NCBI GenBank assembly: GCA_965222075.1
Contig: OZ244937.1
Location: 3,712,001-3,776,000 of the forward strand
Direction: 5' to 3'
DNA length: 64,000 nucleotides
DNA from: Candidatus Latescibacterota bacterium
Lineage (GTDB): Bacteria > Latescibacterota > UBA2968 > GCA-2709665
A program made the position numbers and the translations under genes. Of the stretch, positions 31,967-43,254 are shown in pieces. Each line of letters opens with the position of its first letter. Position 1 is the stretch's first letter. The notes under the pieces are model-generated. The model saw nothing but the letters and a program-made list of their open reading frames with translations. It was not told where the DNA came from and searched no databases.

Positions 31967-34342
31967 ATGGTGGCACGACCCTCGGAAAGACCCCACCAGA
32001 GGCCCATTCGCACCGCTGCGGTGCTGGGGGCCGGAGTGATGGGATCGCAGATTGCGGCCCACCTTGCCAACACAGGGCTGAGCGTCCACCTGCTGGACCT
32101 GCCGGGTGATGATGGCAATAAGAACGCGATCGTAGAAGGGGCGCTTAAAAAGGCGCAGAATCTCAGTCCCACGCCCTTCTTCACAAAAAGGACGGCGCGG
32201 CGTATCACGGTCGGCAATTTTGACGAACATTTCGACCGCATCGCGGACGCGGACTGGATCGTTGAAGCGATCGTGGAACGCCTGGAGGTGAAACAGGAAC
32301 TCATCGCGCGCGTTGAAGGTGCGGCGCGCGGCGATGCCGTTGTCTCCACGAATACGAGCGCCATCCCGATTCACCGGATCGCGGAAGGCCGGTCCGCGTC
32401 CTTCAAAAGGCGATTTCTGGGCATCCACTTTTCCAATCCGCCGCGCTACCTCAAACTGTTGGAACTGATTCCCGGCTGTGAGACAGACCCGGATTTGGTC
32501 GACCGCATGGCCTGGTTCGGGCGCATGGTCCTGGGCAAGGGCATCGTGATCGCAAGAGATACGCCGGGCTTTATCGGCAATCGGATCGGCGCGTACGAAA
32601 TACTGCAAAGCATCCGCACGGCGACCGAGGGTGACTATACCATCGAGGAAATAGACGCGCTTACCGGCCCGCTTTTGGGCCGACCGAATTCGGCGACATT
32701 CAGAACGGCGGACGTGGTCGGCCTGGACACGCTCGCGCACATGGCCAGCGACCTGTACCGGACGTTGGAAAATGACAAAAACCGGGAGGGCTTTCGGGTG
32801 CCCGACCTGGTGCGGAGACTGGTGGAGAAAGGCGCCACCGGTGCTAAAACCGGGCGCGGGTTTTACCGGAAGCAGGGACAAACCATCCTCTCCGTGAACC
32901 CCGAGACGATGGCGTACGAGCCACCCAAACAGCAGAATCTGCGAGGTCTGGACCGGATTGCGCGGTTCCGGAACCTGAGCGAGCGCCTGCGGGCGCTGTA
33001 TACCGACGGGGGGCGTGCAGGCGCCTTCTTCCGAAAGCATCTGCTGGACGTCCTGGGATACAGCGCCCGGCGCATCCCCGAGATCACGGCCAATCCCGCC
33101 GATATCGACCGGACGATGCGCTGGGGGTTCGGCTGGGAGATGGGGCTGTTCGAGATGTGGGACACCCTCGGTTTTGAAAGGGTGGTGGCGGATATGAGGG
33201 CCGAAGGGGTCACCCTGCCCGATTGGACCGGAGAGATGTTGCAGGAGGGCGCCGCCTCGTTCTACCGCGGGACAGGCACAGACGGGGAGGTCTACGTGCC
33301 GGGCCGGGGCTACACGGGTGATGCGCAGCCTTCCGACGAGATCCGCCCCTTTTCGATCCGGTCGAATCAGCAACATATCCTCTGGCAGAACGAGGAGGCG
33401 GTCCTGCTTGACCTGGGGGATGAGGTCCCGCTTTACCAGTTTCGCTCCAAGGCGAATACAATGGGTAAGCATGTGGTTGAGGGGGTGCTTGAGGTGATCG
33501 ACATCGTTGAGCAGGGGGATTACCGGGGGCTGGTGATCGGCAACGAAGGGAAGCACTTTTCCGTGGGCGCCAACCTGAATGAATTTTTGGACCAGCAGAG
33601 GCGCTTCGGTCATACGGACCGGATGCTGACCACCTTCCAGAAGATGATTCAGCGCGTCCATTACGCTGCCAGGCCGGTCGTGGTCGCAACCCACGGGCGG
33701 GTGCTGGGAGGGGGATGTGAGCTTACCATGGCCTGCCCCCATCCGGTGGCCGCGGCCGAATCCTACACCGGGCTGGTCGAACTGGCAGTGGGACTCATCC
33801 CGGCAGGAGGCGGGACCATGCGCATGGCCGCGTTCGCACACGAGCGGGCGCCCACCGAACGGGAGAGCGACATCCAGCCGTATCTCAGGCGGGGGTTTGA
33901 AACCGTGGCAAGGGCAAAGGTCTCTACCAGTGCGCACCACGCGCAGGAATACGGTTTTCTCCCCCCCCATGCGCGCGTCGTCCCGAATGCGGACCGCAGG
34001 CTCTATGTGGCCAAAGAGGAGGTCCTTCGCCTTTCGAACCAGGGATATATTCCCCCGCCGGTTCGGAACACCATCAAGGTCCTGGGCAGGCCCGGGCGGG
34101 CGCCATTTGAAGTGGCGGGCCACAACATGCTGCGGGCGGGTTTCATCACCGAATACGACCGCTACCTGGCCGGCCGCTTAGCCTACGTGATGACCGGCGG
34201 CAACCTGCCTGCCCCCGCGCTGGTTCATGAGGACTACCTCCTGGAGTTAGAGCGGGAGGTCTTCCTCTCGCTGCTGGGGGAAAAGAAGACGCAGGAGCGC
34301 ATTGCCAGCATCCTGCAGAGGAATAAGCCCCTGCGAAACTGA
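31967..34342 (+). CDS. 3-hydroxyacyl-CoA dehydrogenase/enoyl-CoA hydratase (FadN-like)
   Basis: VLGAGVMG, STNTS, HFSNPPRY, GFIGNR, FSVGAN, LGGGCE, GLVE. Confidence 0.92.
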   Translation: MVARPSERPHQRPIRTAAVLGAGVMGSQIAAHLANTGLSVHLLDLPGDDGNKNAIVEGALKKAQNLSPTPFFTKRTARRITVGNFDEHFDRIADADWIVEAIVERLEVKQELIARVEGAARGDAVVSTNTSAIPIHRIAEGRSASFKRRFLGIHFSNPPRYLKLLELIPGCETDPDLVDRMAWFGRMVLGKGIVIARDTPGFIGNRIGAYEILQSIRTATEGDYTIEEIDALTGPLLGRPNSATFRTADVVGLDTLAHMASDLYRTLENDKNREGFRVPDLVRRLVEKGATGAKTGRGFYRKQGQTILSVNPETMAYEPPKQQNLRGLDRIARFRNLSERLRALYTDGGRAGAFFRKHLLDVLGYSARRIPEITANPADIDRTMRWGFGWEMGLFEMWDTLGFERVVADMRAEGVTLPDWTGEMLQEGAASFYRGTGTDGEVYVPGRGYTGDAQPSDEIRPFSIRSNQQHILWQNEEAVLLDLGDEVPLYQFRSKANTMGKHVVEGVLEVIDIVEQGDYRGLVIGNEGKHFSVGANLNEFLDQQRRFGHTDRMLTTFQKMIQRVHYAARPVVVATHGRVLGGGCELTMACPHPVAAAESYTGLVELAVGLIPAGGGTMRMAAFAHERAPTERESDIQPYLRRGFETVARAKVSTSAHHAQEYGFLPPHARVVPNADRRLYVAKEEVLRLSNQGYIPPPVRNTIKVLGRPGRAPFEVAGHNMLRAGFITEYDRYLAGRLAYVMTGGNLPAPALVHEDYLLELEREVFLSLLGEKKTQERIASILQRNKPLRN

Positions 34343-34469
34343 CCGCGTATTCACCACAGAGGACGCAGAGAAAGACGCATCCAGGAAGGTCGGAAGCGTT
34401 TAGCAGAAAGTCAGGGTGATCGAAAGGAGGCGCTGAGGCGCCGGTTCTCTCTATCAAGGAGGGTATGCG

Positions 34470-36095
34470 ATGCAGGGTCTGATGGTGGACTATCCGCTTA
34501 CCATAGACCGAATTTTAGAACATGCGAACCGGATCTATCCCCATAAGCAGATTGCTACCAAATTGCCCGACGGCACCCTCCACCGCTATACCTATGCGGA
34601 CCTCTACAGGCGGGTCAAGCAGCTGGCCAATGTCCTGGGCAGCCTGGGTGTGAAACCGGGCGACCGGGTGGGTACGTTCGCCTGGAACACCTACCAGCAC
34701 TTAGAGCTGTACTACGCCATTCCGTGCAGCGGCGCGGTCTGTCATCCCCTCAACATCCGCCTCTTCCCGGAACAGTTGGCCTACATTATCAACCACGCCG
34801 AAGACAGGGTGATCTTCGTGGATGCCACGCTGCTCCCCGCCTTTGAGCAGGTGGCGGATCTGGTCGACTGCGTGGAGCACGTGGTTCTGTTCAACGCGGG
34901 GGAAGACCAAAAGACCGACCTCCCCAACATTTCCCTGTACGAAACGTGGATGGCAGGCGCAGACGATGCGTACGAATGGGCCGTAACCGACGAAAACAGG
35001 GCGATGGGCCTCTGTTATACCAGCGGGACCACGGGCAACCCCAAAGGGGCGCTTTTCAGCCACCGGTCGATGGTGCTGCATACCTTCGGAGGAAACCAGG
35101 CGAATGCCATCGGCTTGGTCGAAACGGACGTGGTCCTGCCCGTGGTGCCCCAGTTCCACGCGATGGCATGGGGCCTTCCGTACGCGTGCGCCTTAGCCGG
35201 AACGGATATCGTGATGCCCGGCCCCCACCTCAAGCCGGATGCGCTGGCCTTGCTGATCGCCACGGAACGCGTCACACTCGCCGGCGGGGTACCCACCGTC
35301 TGGACCGAGCTGTATCAGGAACTCAAGGTCCATTCTCGCGACATCTCCTGCATCCGCACCCTGCTCGTGGGCGGGTCTGCCATGCCCCGCGCACTGATTG
35401 AGGCCTACGAGAAGGAGTTGGGGGTGTCCGTGCTGCACGCCTGGGGCATGACGGAACTCTCTCCGCTGGGGACGGTTTCCAGGCTGCAAAGCGACCACCG
35501 CGACCTGCCCGATTCCGCAAAGTGGGACGTGAAGGCGAAACAGGGCAACGCCGCCGCCGGGGTGGAGATGCGCATCGTGGACGAGGCGGGCGACGAAGTT
35601 CCATGGGATGGGGAGACCGTGGGCGAGGTACAGGTGCGCGGGGCCTGGGTTGTGAAGGGCTATTACAAACTGAATTCCGATCCGGAGCACTTCACACCTG
35701 ACGGCTGGTTCCGAACCGGCGATGTGGGCGCGATTGACAAATACGGGTACCTGACGCTTACGGACCGCACGAAGGACCTGATCAAAAGCGGAGGGGAGTG
35801 GATCTCCAGCGTGGAACTGGAGAACGCCCTGATGGCCCATGCCGGGGTTGTGGAGGCGGCCGCGATTGCGATTCCGGATGAGAGATGGGGGGAACGTCCC
35901 TTAGCCGTGGTCGTGCTTACCCCAGACACGGGAGAGGTAACGGTGGAAGCGCTGCGGGAATACCTGGCTTTGAAAGTGACCAGATTCTGGCTGCCCGATC
36001 ACATCGTCTTTGTGGAGGAAATCCCCAAGACCAGCGTGGGCAAGTTCGACAAGAAAATCATACGCCAGCAGTATGCGGAGGGCCGGTTGGGATAG
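34470..36095 (+). CDS. Fatty acid-CoA ligase (AlkK/DmdB-like)
   Basis: [42 protein letters not shown]. Confidence 0.92.
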   Translation: MQGLMVDYPLTIDRILEHANRIYPHKQIATKLPDGTLHRYTYADLYRRVKQLANVLGSLGVKPGDRVGTFAWNTYQHLELYYAIPCSGAVCHPLNIRLFPEQLAYIINHAEDRVIFVDATLLPAFEQVADLVDCVEHVVLFNAGEDQKTDLPNISLYETWMAGADDAYEWAVTDENRAMGLCYTSGTTGNPKGALFSHRSMVLHTFGGNQANAIGLVETDVVLPVVPQFHAMAWGLPYACALAGTDIVMPGPHLKPDALALLIATERVTLAGGVPTVWTELYQELKVHSRDISCIRTLLVGGSAMPRALIEAYEKELGVSVLHAWGMTELSPLGTVSRLQSDHRDLPDSAKWDVKAKQGNAAAGVEMRIVDEAGDEVPWDGETVGEVQVRGAWVVKGYYKLNSDPEHFTPDGWFRTGDVGAIDKYGYLTLTDRTKDLIKSGGEWISSVELENALMAHAGVVEAAAIAIPDERWGERPLAVVVLTPDTGEVTVEALREYLALKVTRFWLPDHIVFVEEIPKTSVGKFDKKIIRQQYAEGRLG

Positions 36096-36169
36096 GCTGC
36101 CTGATCACGAAGATCAAAAAACCACCCACCGCTGCCTCGTTGTTCGCTTGAACCTGGGAGAAACTAAGT

Positions 36170-37571
36170 ATGAAGGTCCTGATAAGGCTTCTCTTTTGTT
36201 TGATGATGGTTTCCGGATCATCTGTAATCTGGGCTGGAAACCCGATCCATCTGATTGTGTTACACGTAAACGACACGCATGGAAAGTTACAGCCGCACAA
36301 CACGAATAGCCAAACCGATATTGGAGGAATCGCACGCCTATCCTCACTGGTTAAGCAGATCCGTCAGGAGAACCCCAAGAACGTTCTGTTTCTACATGCA
36401 GGAGACATTTTTTCCCGTGGAGATCCAGTCACAGTATACTATGGTGGATACGTTAATTTACTTGCATACGAGAAAATGGGTGTTGATGCGATCACACCAG
36501 GTAATGGAGAATTCTACTTCGGGATTGAAAATTTGCAGCGTCAAGCGGCTCGGGTGAGCACACCATTTGTCCACGCTAACGTGACTTACAAGCACCACGG
36601 CGGCTCGATTTTTCCGCCTTACCTGATTAAGAACGTTAACGGAGTTAGAGTCGGAATCCTGGGCTTGGGTCTGATTAGGACCTGGCATCAATCTTCGCAG
36701 ACATTGGAATTAGGAGATCCGATTGAAATCGCCAAAACGATTGTGCCTGAGCTGAAACCCAAAGTCGATAGGGCTCACGCATATCGGAGTTAAAAACGAC
36801 AGCTTACTGGCAAAAGCTATTCCCGAACTGGACTTGATTGTGGGGGGAGATTCCCACACACGATTAGACAGTCCATCGCGTATTCCTCGAGTCGATGGCA
36901 AAGGTGAGGTTGCGATCGTTCAGGCACGTCATTACTTTGAATTTCTAGGGCGGGTCAATGTACAGTTTGACAAAACGGAAGATCATTGCTCTGTTGCCAA
37001 AATCGATAGCCGGTTGATTCCGATTGATGCAAAGGTGGAATCCGATCCGGAAATCGAAGCCCTGCTAAAACGGTATGGTGATCCACTTTCTGAGGTAATC
37101 TGCCGAACCGAGATTGATTTGCCCAATTTGAGGAGGGAATCGTCTCCGTTAGGGGATCTCGTGGCCAAGGCCGTTCACATCCAAACACGAGCTGACTTGG
37201 CCATCCTCTATGGCAATTCTAATACGCCCGGGCTTAAGGCCGGGGATATCAGGCTTGCGGATGTGAGTCGAATCCGCCTCTACCATTCTCCGGTCGTCAC
37301 TGGACGGCTCACCGGTGTCCAGGTTCAGTCTCTTCTTTCGGGGCGCTTCTACATTACCTCGGGGTGCCAATTTGACAAGGTTGATAAGCACGTTACGAAC
37401 CTGGTGATCAACGGCAAACCGGCTGATCCTGCAGCTACTTATCTCGTCGCAACCGAGAAGCAGACCGTCTTTCGAAGCCCTGTGTTCGATTCGTTACAAG
37501 TCGATCTCACAGGCCAGCGCGTAGACACTGCTCTAGAGCGATATCTTCGACGTGTTTCTGTAATTCAATAG
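36170..37571 (+). pseudogene. Bifunctional metallophosphatase/5'-nucleotidase, frameshifted near 36770
   Basis: Frame 1: signal peptide, HVNDTHG, AGD, GNGEF. Frame 2 resumes IGLTHIG...DLIVGGDSH and continues to the C-terminal domain. Confidence 0.8.
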
Positions 37572-37658
37572 GATGACGTTCTGAGATAAAGCTGCCATCT
37601 GCCCCTGAACCCGCGGACAAAAACAAGATTCATCTGATACAAAGGAGTTGTGTACCCC

Positions 37659-38846
37659 ATGACTGATCGTAAAGGCCCCCTCTCCCGTTTTACGGTTCTC
37701 GATTTGACCCGGGTCCGATCCGGGCCTACGGCCGTGCGCCAGCTTGCCGATTGGGGCGCGAATGTCATCAAAATCGAAGCGCCGGAAAACATCGACAAAG
37801 ACAAGGGCATGGGGGGTCCGCGCCACGGCCCGGACTTTCAGAACATCCATCGAAACAAGCGCAGTCTCACGCTGAACCTCAAGGCCGAAGTTGGCCGGGC
37901 TGCATTTATGCGCATGGTAAAAAAAGCGGATGTGGTGGTGGAAAATTATCGTCCCGACGTAAAAGACCGGCTCAACATCGGTTATGGTGCGTGCAGATCG
38001 GAAAACCCGCGCATTGTCTACGCAAGTGTTTCCGGTTTCGGACAACACGGTCCCTACCGGCTGCGACCCGGTTTCGATCAGATTGCTCAGGGGATGGGCG
38101 GTTTAATGTGGATCACCGGATTGCCGGGCCAGGGACCCATGCGGGTCGGTGTGCCCATCGCGGATCTCGCCGCCGGTTTATACGCTGCCCTCGGAATTCT
38201 TACCGCACTGCTTCAACGTGAGGAAACCGGTGAAGGCCAGCTGGTGCACACATCGCTGCTCGAAGCACAGATCGCAATGCTCGATTTTCAAGCGGCGCGC
38301 TGGCTCATCGGAAACAAAGTGCCGCCGCAGGCAGGCAACAATCACCCCACGAGCATTCCCACGGGTGTGTTTCAGACCACCGACGGCTACATCAACATTG
38401 CGTGCAGCGGCGAGCAGATGTGGCAGCGACTCTGTACCGTACTGGTGGCCGACGACCTTCGCAGCGACCCGGACTATGCCGACGGCGAGGCAAGGCTGCA
38501 GAATCGAGACGCGTTGAACAGCAAGCTGCAGGACTACTTCTCAAAGAAAAGCAGCAGCGAGTGGATCGATGCGCTCAACGACGCAGGCGTGCCCTGCGGT
38601 CCAATCTACCATATGGACGAGATGTGGTCAGATCCGCAGGTGAAACATCTGGATATGTCGCGTCCCGTGAACCACAGCGTGCTGGGCAAATACGACGTGG
38701 TGCGTAACGCGGCGACCCTGAGCGAAGCCCCAAAGATGGCGTATCGCGCCGCTCCCGAGCGGGGGGAACACACCGATGAGGTACTGAGGGAGTTTGAGTT
38801 TTCTGACAACGAAATCCAAACACTGAGAAAGAGGAACCTCATATGA
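37659..38846 (+). CDS. CaiB/BaiF family III CoA-transferase
   Basis: VLDLT...GP, LADWGANVIKIE, RNKRS, ENYRP, GFDQIAQ, GEHT. Confidence 0.93.
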   Translation: MTDRKGPLSRFTVLDLTRVRSGPTAVRQLADWGANVIKIEAPENIDKDKGMGGPRHGPDFQNIHRNKRSLTLNLKAEVGRAAFMRMVKKADVVVENYRPDVKDRLNIGYGACRSENPRIVYASVSGFGQHGPYRLRPGFDQIAQGMGGLMWITGLPGQGPMRVGVPIADLAAGLYAALGILTALLQREETGEGQLVHTSLLEAQIAMLDFQAARWLIGNKVPPQAGNNHPTSIPTGVFQTTDGYINIACSGEQMWQRLCTVLVADDLRSDPDYADGEARLQNRDALNSKLQDYFSKKSSSEWIDALNDAGVPCGPIYHMDEMWSDPQVKHLDMSRPVNHSVLGKYDVVRNAATLSEAPKMAYRAAPERGEHTDEVLREFEFSDNEIQTLRKRNLI

Positions 38847-39652
38847 ACAACTCGGCCGCAGGCACGGAACCGGAAAAGCTTATCGTGAGAAAGAACAAAA
38901 GGGTCGGTTATATAGGCCTGAATCAACCCCAAAAGCACAACGCCATTTCTTACGAAATGTGGCAGGACATCGCCCGGATCATGGACGATTTTGAGTCCGA
39001 CGATAAGATTCGTGTTATTGTCGTTTCGGGAGAGGGTGGCAGGGCCTTTTCCTCCGGAGCGGATATATCGCAATTCGAGCAAAAGCGGGGATCGCCGGAT
39101 GCCATTGAGGTCTACAACAGGGAGATGAACCTTGCTTACCGGAAACTCACCGATGTTTCCAAGCCCACCATTGCCAGAATTGCGGGTTACTGCATCGGTG
39201 GCGGACTGGCAACAGCGCTTTGCTGTGATCTACGGATCGCATCCGACGATTCTAAATTCGGTATTCCCGCCGCCAGGCTCGGCCTGGGCTATGGCTATGA
39301 CGCGTTAAGACCGCTGGTAGGCCTGGTCGGTCCAACCCGCGCCAAGGAGATTCTGTTCACTGCCAAACATTTCACCGCGGCCGAAGCCTACGACATGGGG
39401 CTGATAAACCGTGTACTGACACGGGACGAACTGGATGGTTTTGTGAATGAATACACCCAGACCATCGCAGACAATGCGCCACTCACCATCAAAGCCTGCA
39501 AGCAGATCATCGCCGAAATTTCCAAAGATCCGGATCATCGCGATCTTGACCTTTGCAGACGCCTCGTAGACGCCTGCTACGCCAGCAGGGACTACAAGGA
39601 GGGCCGTATGGCCTTCATGCAAAAGCGAAAACTGGAGTTTCGAGGAAAATAG
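38843..39652 (+). CDS. Enoyl-CoA hydratase/isomerase (crotonase family)
   Basis: AFSSGADI, GYCIGGG, DLRIA; ATGA-coupled to the CoA-transferase. Confidence 0.9.
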   Translation: MNNSAAGTEPEKLIVRKNKRVGYIGLNQPQKHNAISYEMWQDIARIMDDFESDDKIRVIVVSGEGGRAFSSGADISQFEQKRGSPDAIEVYNREMNLAYRKLTDVSKPTIARIAGYCIGGGLATALCCDLRIASDDSKFGIPAARLGLGYGYDALRPLVGLVGPTRAKEILFTAKHFTAAEAYDMGLINRVLTRDELDGFVNEYTQTIADNAPLTIKACKQIIAEISKDPDHRDLDLCRRLVDACYASRDYKEGRMAFMQKRKLEFRGK

Positions 39653-39861
39653 CGACATAACGTCCGGCAGCAGAACTGGGCATGCCCCGCAAAACCATCA
39701 CTTTCCAGGCGCCGGACGCGTCTCGGCAGCGGGACCTGGATCGGGGATTTGGACCGTATCCCCGGTGATCGCACACACCCACATTCGGGCCGCGACCGCC
39801 CCTATGAAGATGAGACCGACGATCGCACTGACGGTCCCCAGCATTGCTTTGTTGCTTGTTT

Positions 39862-40239
39862 TCATGTCTGCACTCCGTGTTCTTCACGGTATTGCATCAA
39901 ATGCGATTCCAGGTCCCTCACCTCGAGCCCCAGAAGTTCCATAATCCTGGACAGGGCCGGAATATCCCGCTCCGCGAACTCCGCCATTTTCAGTCGGCGA
40001 GTCCCTTCGGGGCCGTCCTTAGAGACGAAGTAACCGAGACCCCGTTGGTTGACGATGATCCCCCGTTCTTGCAGCCATGCATAGGTACGAGTCACCGTAT
40101 TCGGATTGACCTCCACATCCATCGCCAGCTCCCGAATCGACGGCACCCGGTCTCCCGGCTTCCAGCGTTCGCGGAGGATGTTCTCCATTATGTAGTTGGC
40201 AATCTGTCGATAGATCGCATCCTGGCGCTGAAACTGCAT
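39862..40239 (-). CDS. GntR/YtrA-subfamily transcriptional regulator
   Basis: IYRQI, PGDRVPSIRELA...VNPNTV.R.Y, RGLGYFV; short C-terminus; TGATG overlap. Confidence 0.92.
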   Translation of the reverse strand: MQFQRQDAIYRQIANYIMENILRERWKPGDRVPSIRELAMDVEVNPNTVTRTYAWLQERGIIVNQRGLGYFVSKDGPEGTRRLKMAEFAERDIPALSRIMELLGLEVRDLESHLMQYREEHGVQT

Positions 40240-41033
40240 CACCGATCCTCCGTGTCCGCAAGGCGGAGATAGGAAATCACCCATAGCCAGGGTCCAAACA
40301 GGACGTAGATGAAGACCCTGCCGATCCGGAGGACGGCCGATGTCAACCAATCGGTATCAACCTCCTTCGAGAGGTTAAAGCTTATTCCCTGGAAGAAATC
40401 GAAGAAGACAATGCGAAAGATGAAGAACGTGACGACCGCGAGCCCAATCTGTGCCAGCACGACCGCCAGCAGTGTTTTGAATGCCGCACCTTTGCGAAAC
40501 CATACCGCGCCCAGGAAGAAAATGCTGTGCACTATGGGATAGACGGTAAGTAATCGCCAAGTATCTTCGGTGAATGGACGGTAGATGGCAAACGATTTCC
40601 CCCATATCAGGCTGCCGAGCCCGGCCCCCACCAGCGAGGTCGTCCAATAAAGGGTGAGCGCCGACAGCGGAAAGCCGACCAGCGTCAACATCAGGCGCGC
40701 CGCTACCTTCTCCAGGGTAGAGCCAGGTACGAGCAGGTAGGCCGAGCGTTGAATGGAGTCTTTCAGTTCGGTAAAGCTGTAACTCGTGATGATGATGCCC
40801 CCGAGGAACAAGATGCCTGGCACGAAGATCTTGTGCGGCTGCCACCTTCCCGTCAGCGGCGCAAAAGCGACCAACACGACCAGCACTGCGCCAAAGACCG
40901 CCAGAGTGGCGATCGACAGGTTGTTCTTGTACTGAATAAGATCCGCGCGTAGCAGCTTGATCCAGCGACCTGGCGAGAAATGCCGTTCAAACAATCCGGT
41001 TGGAGAGACAGTCGCGCCGCTCATCTTTTTCAT
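40239..41033 (-). CDS. ABC-2-type permease-like membrane protein
   Basis: About 6 TM segments, LLVPGSTLEK motif; translationally coupled to the ATPase and GntR genes. Confidence 0.75.
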   Translation of the reverse strand: MKKMSGATVSPTGLFERHFSPGRWIKLLRADLIQYKNNLSIATLAVFGAVLVVLVAFAPLTGRWQPHKIFVPGILFLGGIIITSYSFTELKDSIQRSAYLLVPGSTLEKVAARLMLTLVGFPLSALTLYWTTSLVGAGLGSLIWGKSFAIYRPFTEDTWRLLTVYPIVHSIFFLGAVWFRKGAAFKTLLAVVLAQIGLAVVTFFIFRIVFFDFFQGISFNLSKEVDTDWLTSAVLRIGRVFIYVLFGPWLWVISYLRLADTEDR

Positions 41034-41869
41034 CCTTTGAACTCCTTGACAAGCGCGGCCAGCCGGCCCGAATTGCTGGTCGCCGCGTTGAACAAAACCT
41101 CGAGATCGATGCGACCTTCGGGCCAGCCGTCGTTGGACACCACCACGGTGTGGCCGGAGATGCCCTCCTCCACGTAGATCGCATCCTGCGGTGGGCTATC
41201 AACGTCGGTGTCGATACGTATCGCCTTCCCCAGCTGATCGAGCCCAGCGTCAAGCACGATCCGCCCACCGTCGATGATCACGATTGGGTCAATCAAACTC
41301 TCCATGTCGCGCACCTGATGGGTGGACACGATGAATATCCGCTGATCGTCGACGGCGCCGGCAACGAGGCGGCGGAACTGCCGTTTCGCCGGGATATCGA
41401 GACCGTTGGTCGGTTCGTCCAGGAGCACGAGCCGACAGTTGGTGGCGACCGCGAAAGCGAGCAGAGCTTTCTTCTTCTGGCCGTAACTCATACGAAACAG
41501 GCTGATGCCGGGATCGACATGGAACTCCGCGAGATAGCCGTGAAAGGCCTGTGTGTCAAAGCGTGGATAGAAGCCACCCCAGACCGACTGGTACTGCTCG
41601 ACGGTCAGTGCCGACGTGTAAAACTCCTCCGGAACCAGACAGACATCGGCCAAGAGTTCCGGTTGTCGCTTTCTCGGTTCCCGGCCAAAGACTGACACGG
41701 TACCCGCCCGGGGAGTCAGCAACCCGGTGACGATCTTCAACAAACTCGTCTTGCCGGCGCCATTCTTACCGAGCAGGCCGTAGATATTTCCAGGCTTGAG
41801 GGTCAGGTTTAGCTGGTCAAACAGGTCCACCCTCCCGTACCTGAAATTGAGCTGTTCGATGCAGATCAT
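41030..41869 (-). CDS. ABC transporter ATP-binding protein (YtrB-like)
   Basis: GKNGAGKT, MSYGQ, LLDEPT, STH. Confidence 0.93.
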   Translation of the reverse strand: MICIEQLNFRYGRVDLFDQLNLTLKPGNIYGLLGKNGAGKTSLLKIVTGLLTPRAGTVSVFGREPRKRQPELLADVCLVPEEFYTSALTVEQYQSVWGGFYPRFDTQAFHGYLAEFHVDPGISLFRMSYGQKKKALLAFAVATNCRLVLLDEPTNGLDIPAKRQFRRLVAGAVDDQRIFIVSTHQVRDMESLIDPIVIIDGGRIVLDAGLDQLGKAIRIDTDVDSPPQDAIYVEEGISGHTVVVSNDGWPEGRIDLEVLFNAATSNSGRLAALVKEFKG

Positions 41870-41897
41870 ATTTGTCCTCTCATATCATAGTGATCTA

Positions 41898-41950
41898 CTA
41901 TACTACTCAACTATTACACCTAATATAAAAAAAATAGGAGATATTGTCAA
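41898..41950 (-). promoter_or_regulatory. Sigma-70 promoter with candidate YtrA operator
   Basis: TTGACA(41950-41945)-N17-TATATT(41927-41922), followed by GTGTAATAGTTGAGTAGTATAG (41919-41898). Confidence 0.6.
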
Positions 41951-42149
41951 GCCCCATTGTGGGGCTGGGGTCAATTATTGCTGTGTTAGTGCGTTGAAGC
42001 GAAATCCCGAGAACCGAGAAATCAGGAGTTGTCTATGTTGAAACCAGAGTCAAACTCGGACGGAACTGTGAATCAAATCTAAGTGGTCAATTTCGCAAAT
42101 ACACATGAGGTGGTCGCTTTAGCAGAGGATTCAGCCATAGGCAATTAGA

Positions 42150-42260
42150 AGTTAGCCGACCCTGGCGGGGTGAGTTCCCCCACAGCGCAGAAGTGGCGAA
42201 AAAGGTGGGTAGAAGAAGGCTTCAGTTTGGACGATCTTCTCCGCAGTGGGCGCCAAAGCG
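42150..42260 (+). pseudogene. IS630-like transposase HTH remnant
   Basis: GVSSPTAQKWRKRWVEEGFSLDDLLRSGR resembles the IS630 N-terminal WxxR...L.D..RSGRP pattern; no DDE domain follows. Confidence 0.55.
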
Positions 42261-42269
42261 GCCCTCATT

Positions 42270-42500
42270 ACTCCCCCCTTGAGGGGGAGTCGGCAAGCCA
42301 AGGGCGCCGGCGCGCCTGCCTGTGCGTCGCACGCAGACAGGTAAAAACATGTGATCCATTGTTTTCGCTTAAAGTGGGTGTCGATGTCAGTGTTGACATC
42401 TCTGCCCTTTTCCAGCCTGTCTGCCGGCGAGGCAGGCGCTGGGATACAGCCCTTTATCACGAACCCGCCCCCCCTGCCTGCGCCGGATGCTCGGCAGGCA
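42270..42500. repeat. Cluster of short palindromes (actccccc-cttga-gggggagt and three CCTGYCTG elements)
   Basis: 42270-42290, 42315-42341, 42416-42436, 42473-42500. Confidence 0.65.
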
Positions 42501-43110
42501 CCGGGAAGGCAAACGCGGACCCAAACCCAAAAAGGGAAGCCGGCAAAGAAAGCTGAAGACATGGGCTACTCGTTCAGATACGCCCTTTGTGGAAGAAGAT
42601 ATTCAATGGTATGGCGGGAAAATCAAAAAGATGCTGCTGTTCTCACAAACCGCACTGTGGTATACCCCCCGATGGGATCCGGTGCCTATCCGCTTTGTCA
42701 TCACCAGAGATCCAGAAGGTAAGCTGAGGGATGAGGTCTTCTTTTGCACCAACCCAGATGATACCCCCGTGCAAATCGTCGAGTGGGTCGTGATGCGCTT
42801 TTCGATAGAAACCACCTTCCAAGAGGCCAGAGCCCATCTAAGAATGGAAACCCAACGCCAGTGGTCCGATCTGGCCATAAAACGCACCACACCGGTCCTG
42901 CTGTTCCTCTTTTCTATCGTGATCTTACTGGCAATGCGCTTACAACAACACGATTCTATCCCGGTGCAGGCCTACCAGAGACTTCTTGGTAGGCAGGCCA
43001 CAGCCTGGTATCGAAAACAGAACCCACCTTCTCTGGCTGTATGCTTCTGATACGCCGTCATTTACCTGTCTGCGTGCGTGCCACACGCACAGGCAGGTGG
43101 GAAGCATAGT
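42501..43110 (+). mobile_element. IS701-like DDE transposase C-terminal remnant with palindrome insertions
   Basis: RDPEGK...FFCT...RFSIETTFQEARAHL..ETQRQWSDLAI.RTTP...TAWY.K, then a frameshift and RRHL[insert]W; N-terminus missing. Confidence 0.75.
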
Positions 43111-43254
43111 TTCTTGTGAACTCTACGCAAAAGCAAGAGAAGGTACAATTTCCTTGCGAGATCCTCGATCTCCTTTGTGGGTTGCAATTGCCTTTAGTCG
43201 CTTAGCCGCTTCGTTGGCTAAAGTCCAGTTACATCTCATTTAGGATTGCTATAC

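Noticed and set aside
31934-34123. 729-aa minus-strand ORF and similar long antisense ORFs (e.g. 30028..31686, 13949..15439, 4941..6200)
   Set aside because: High-GC antisense frames opposite well-supported genes, with no recognisable motifs.
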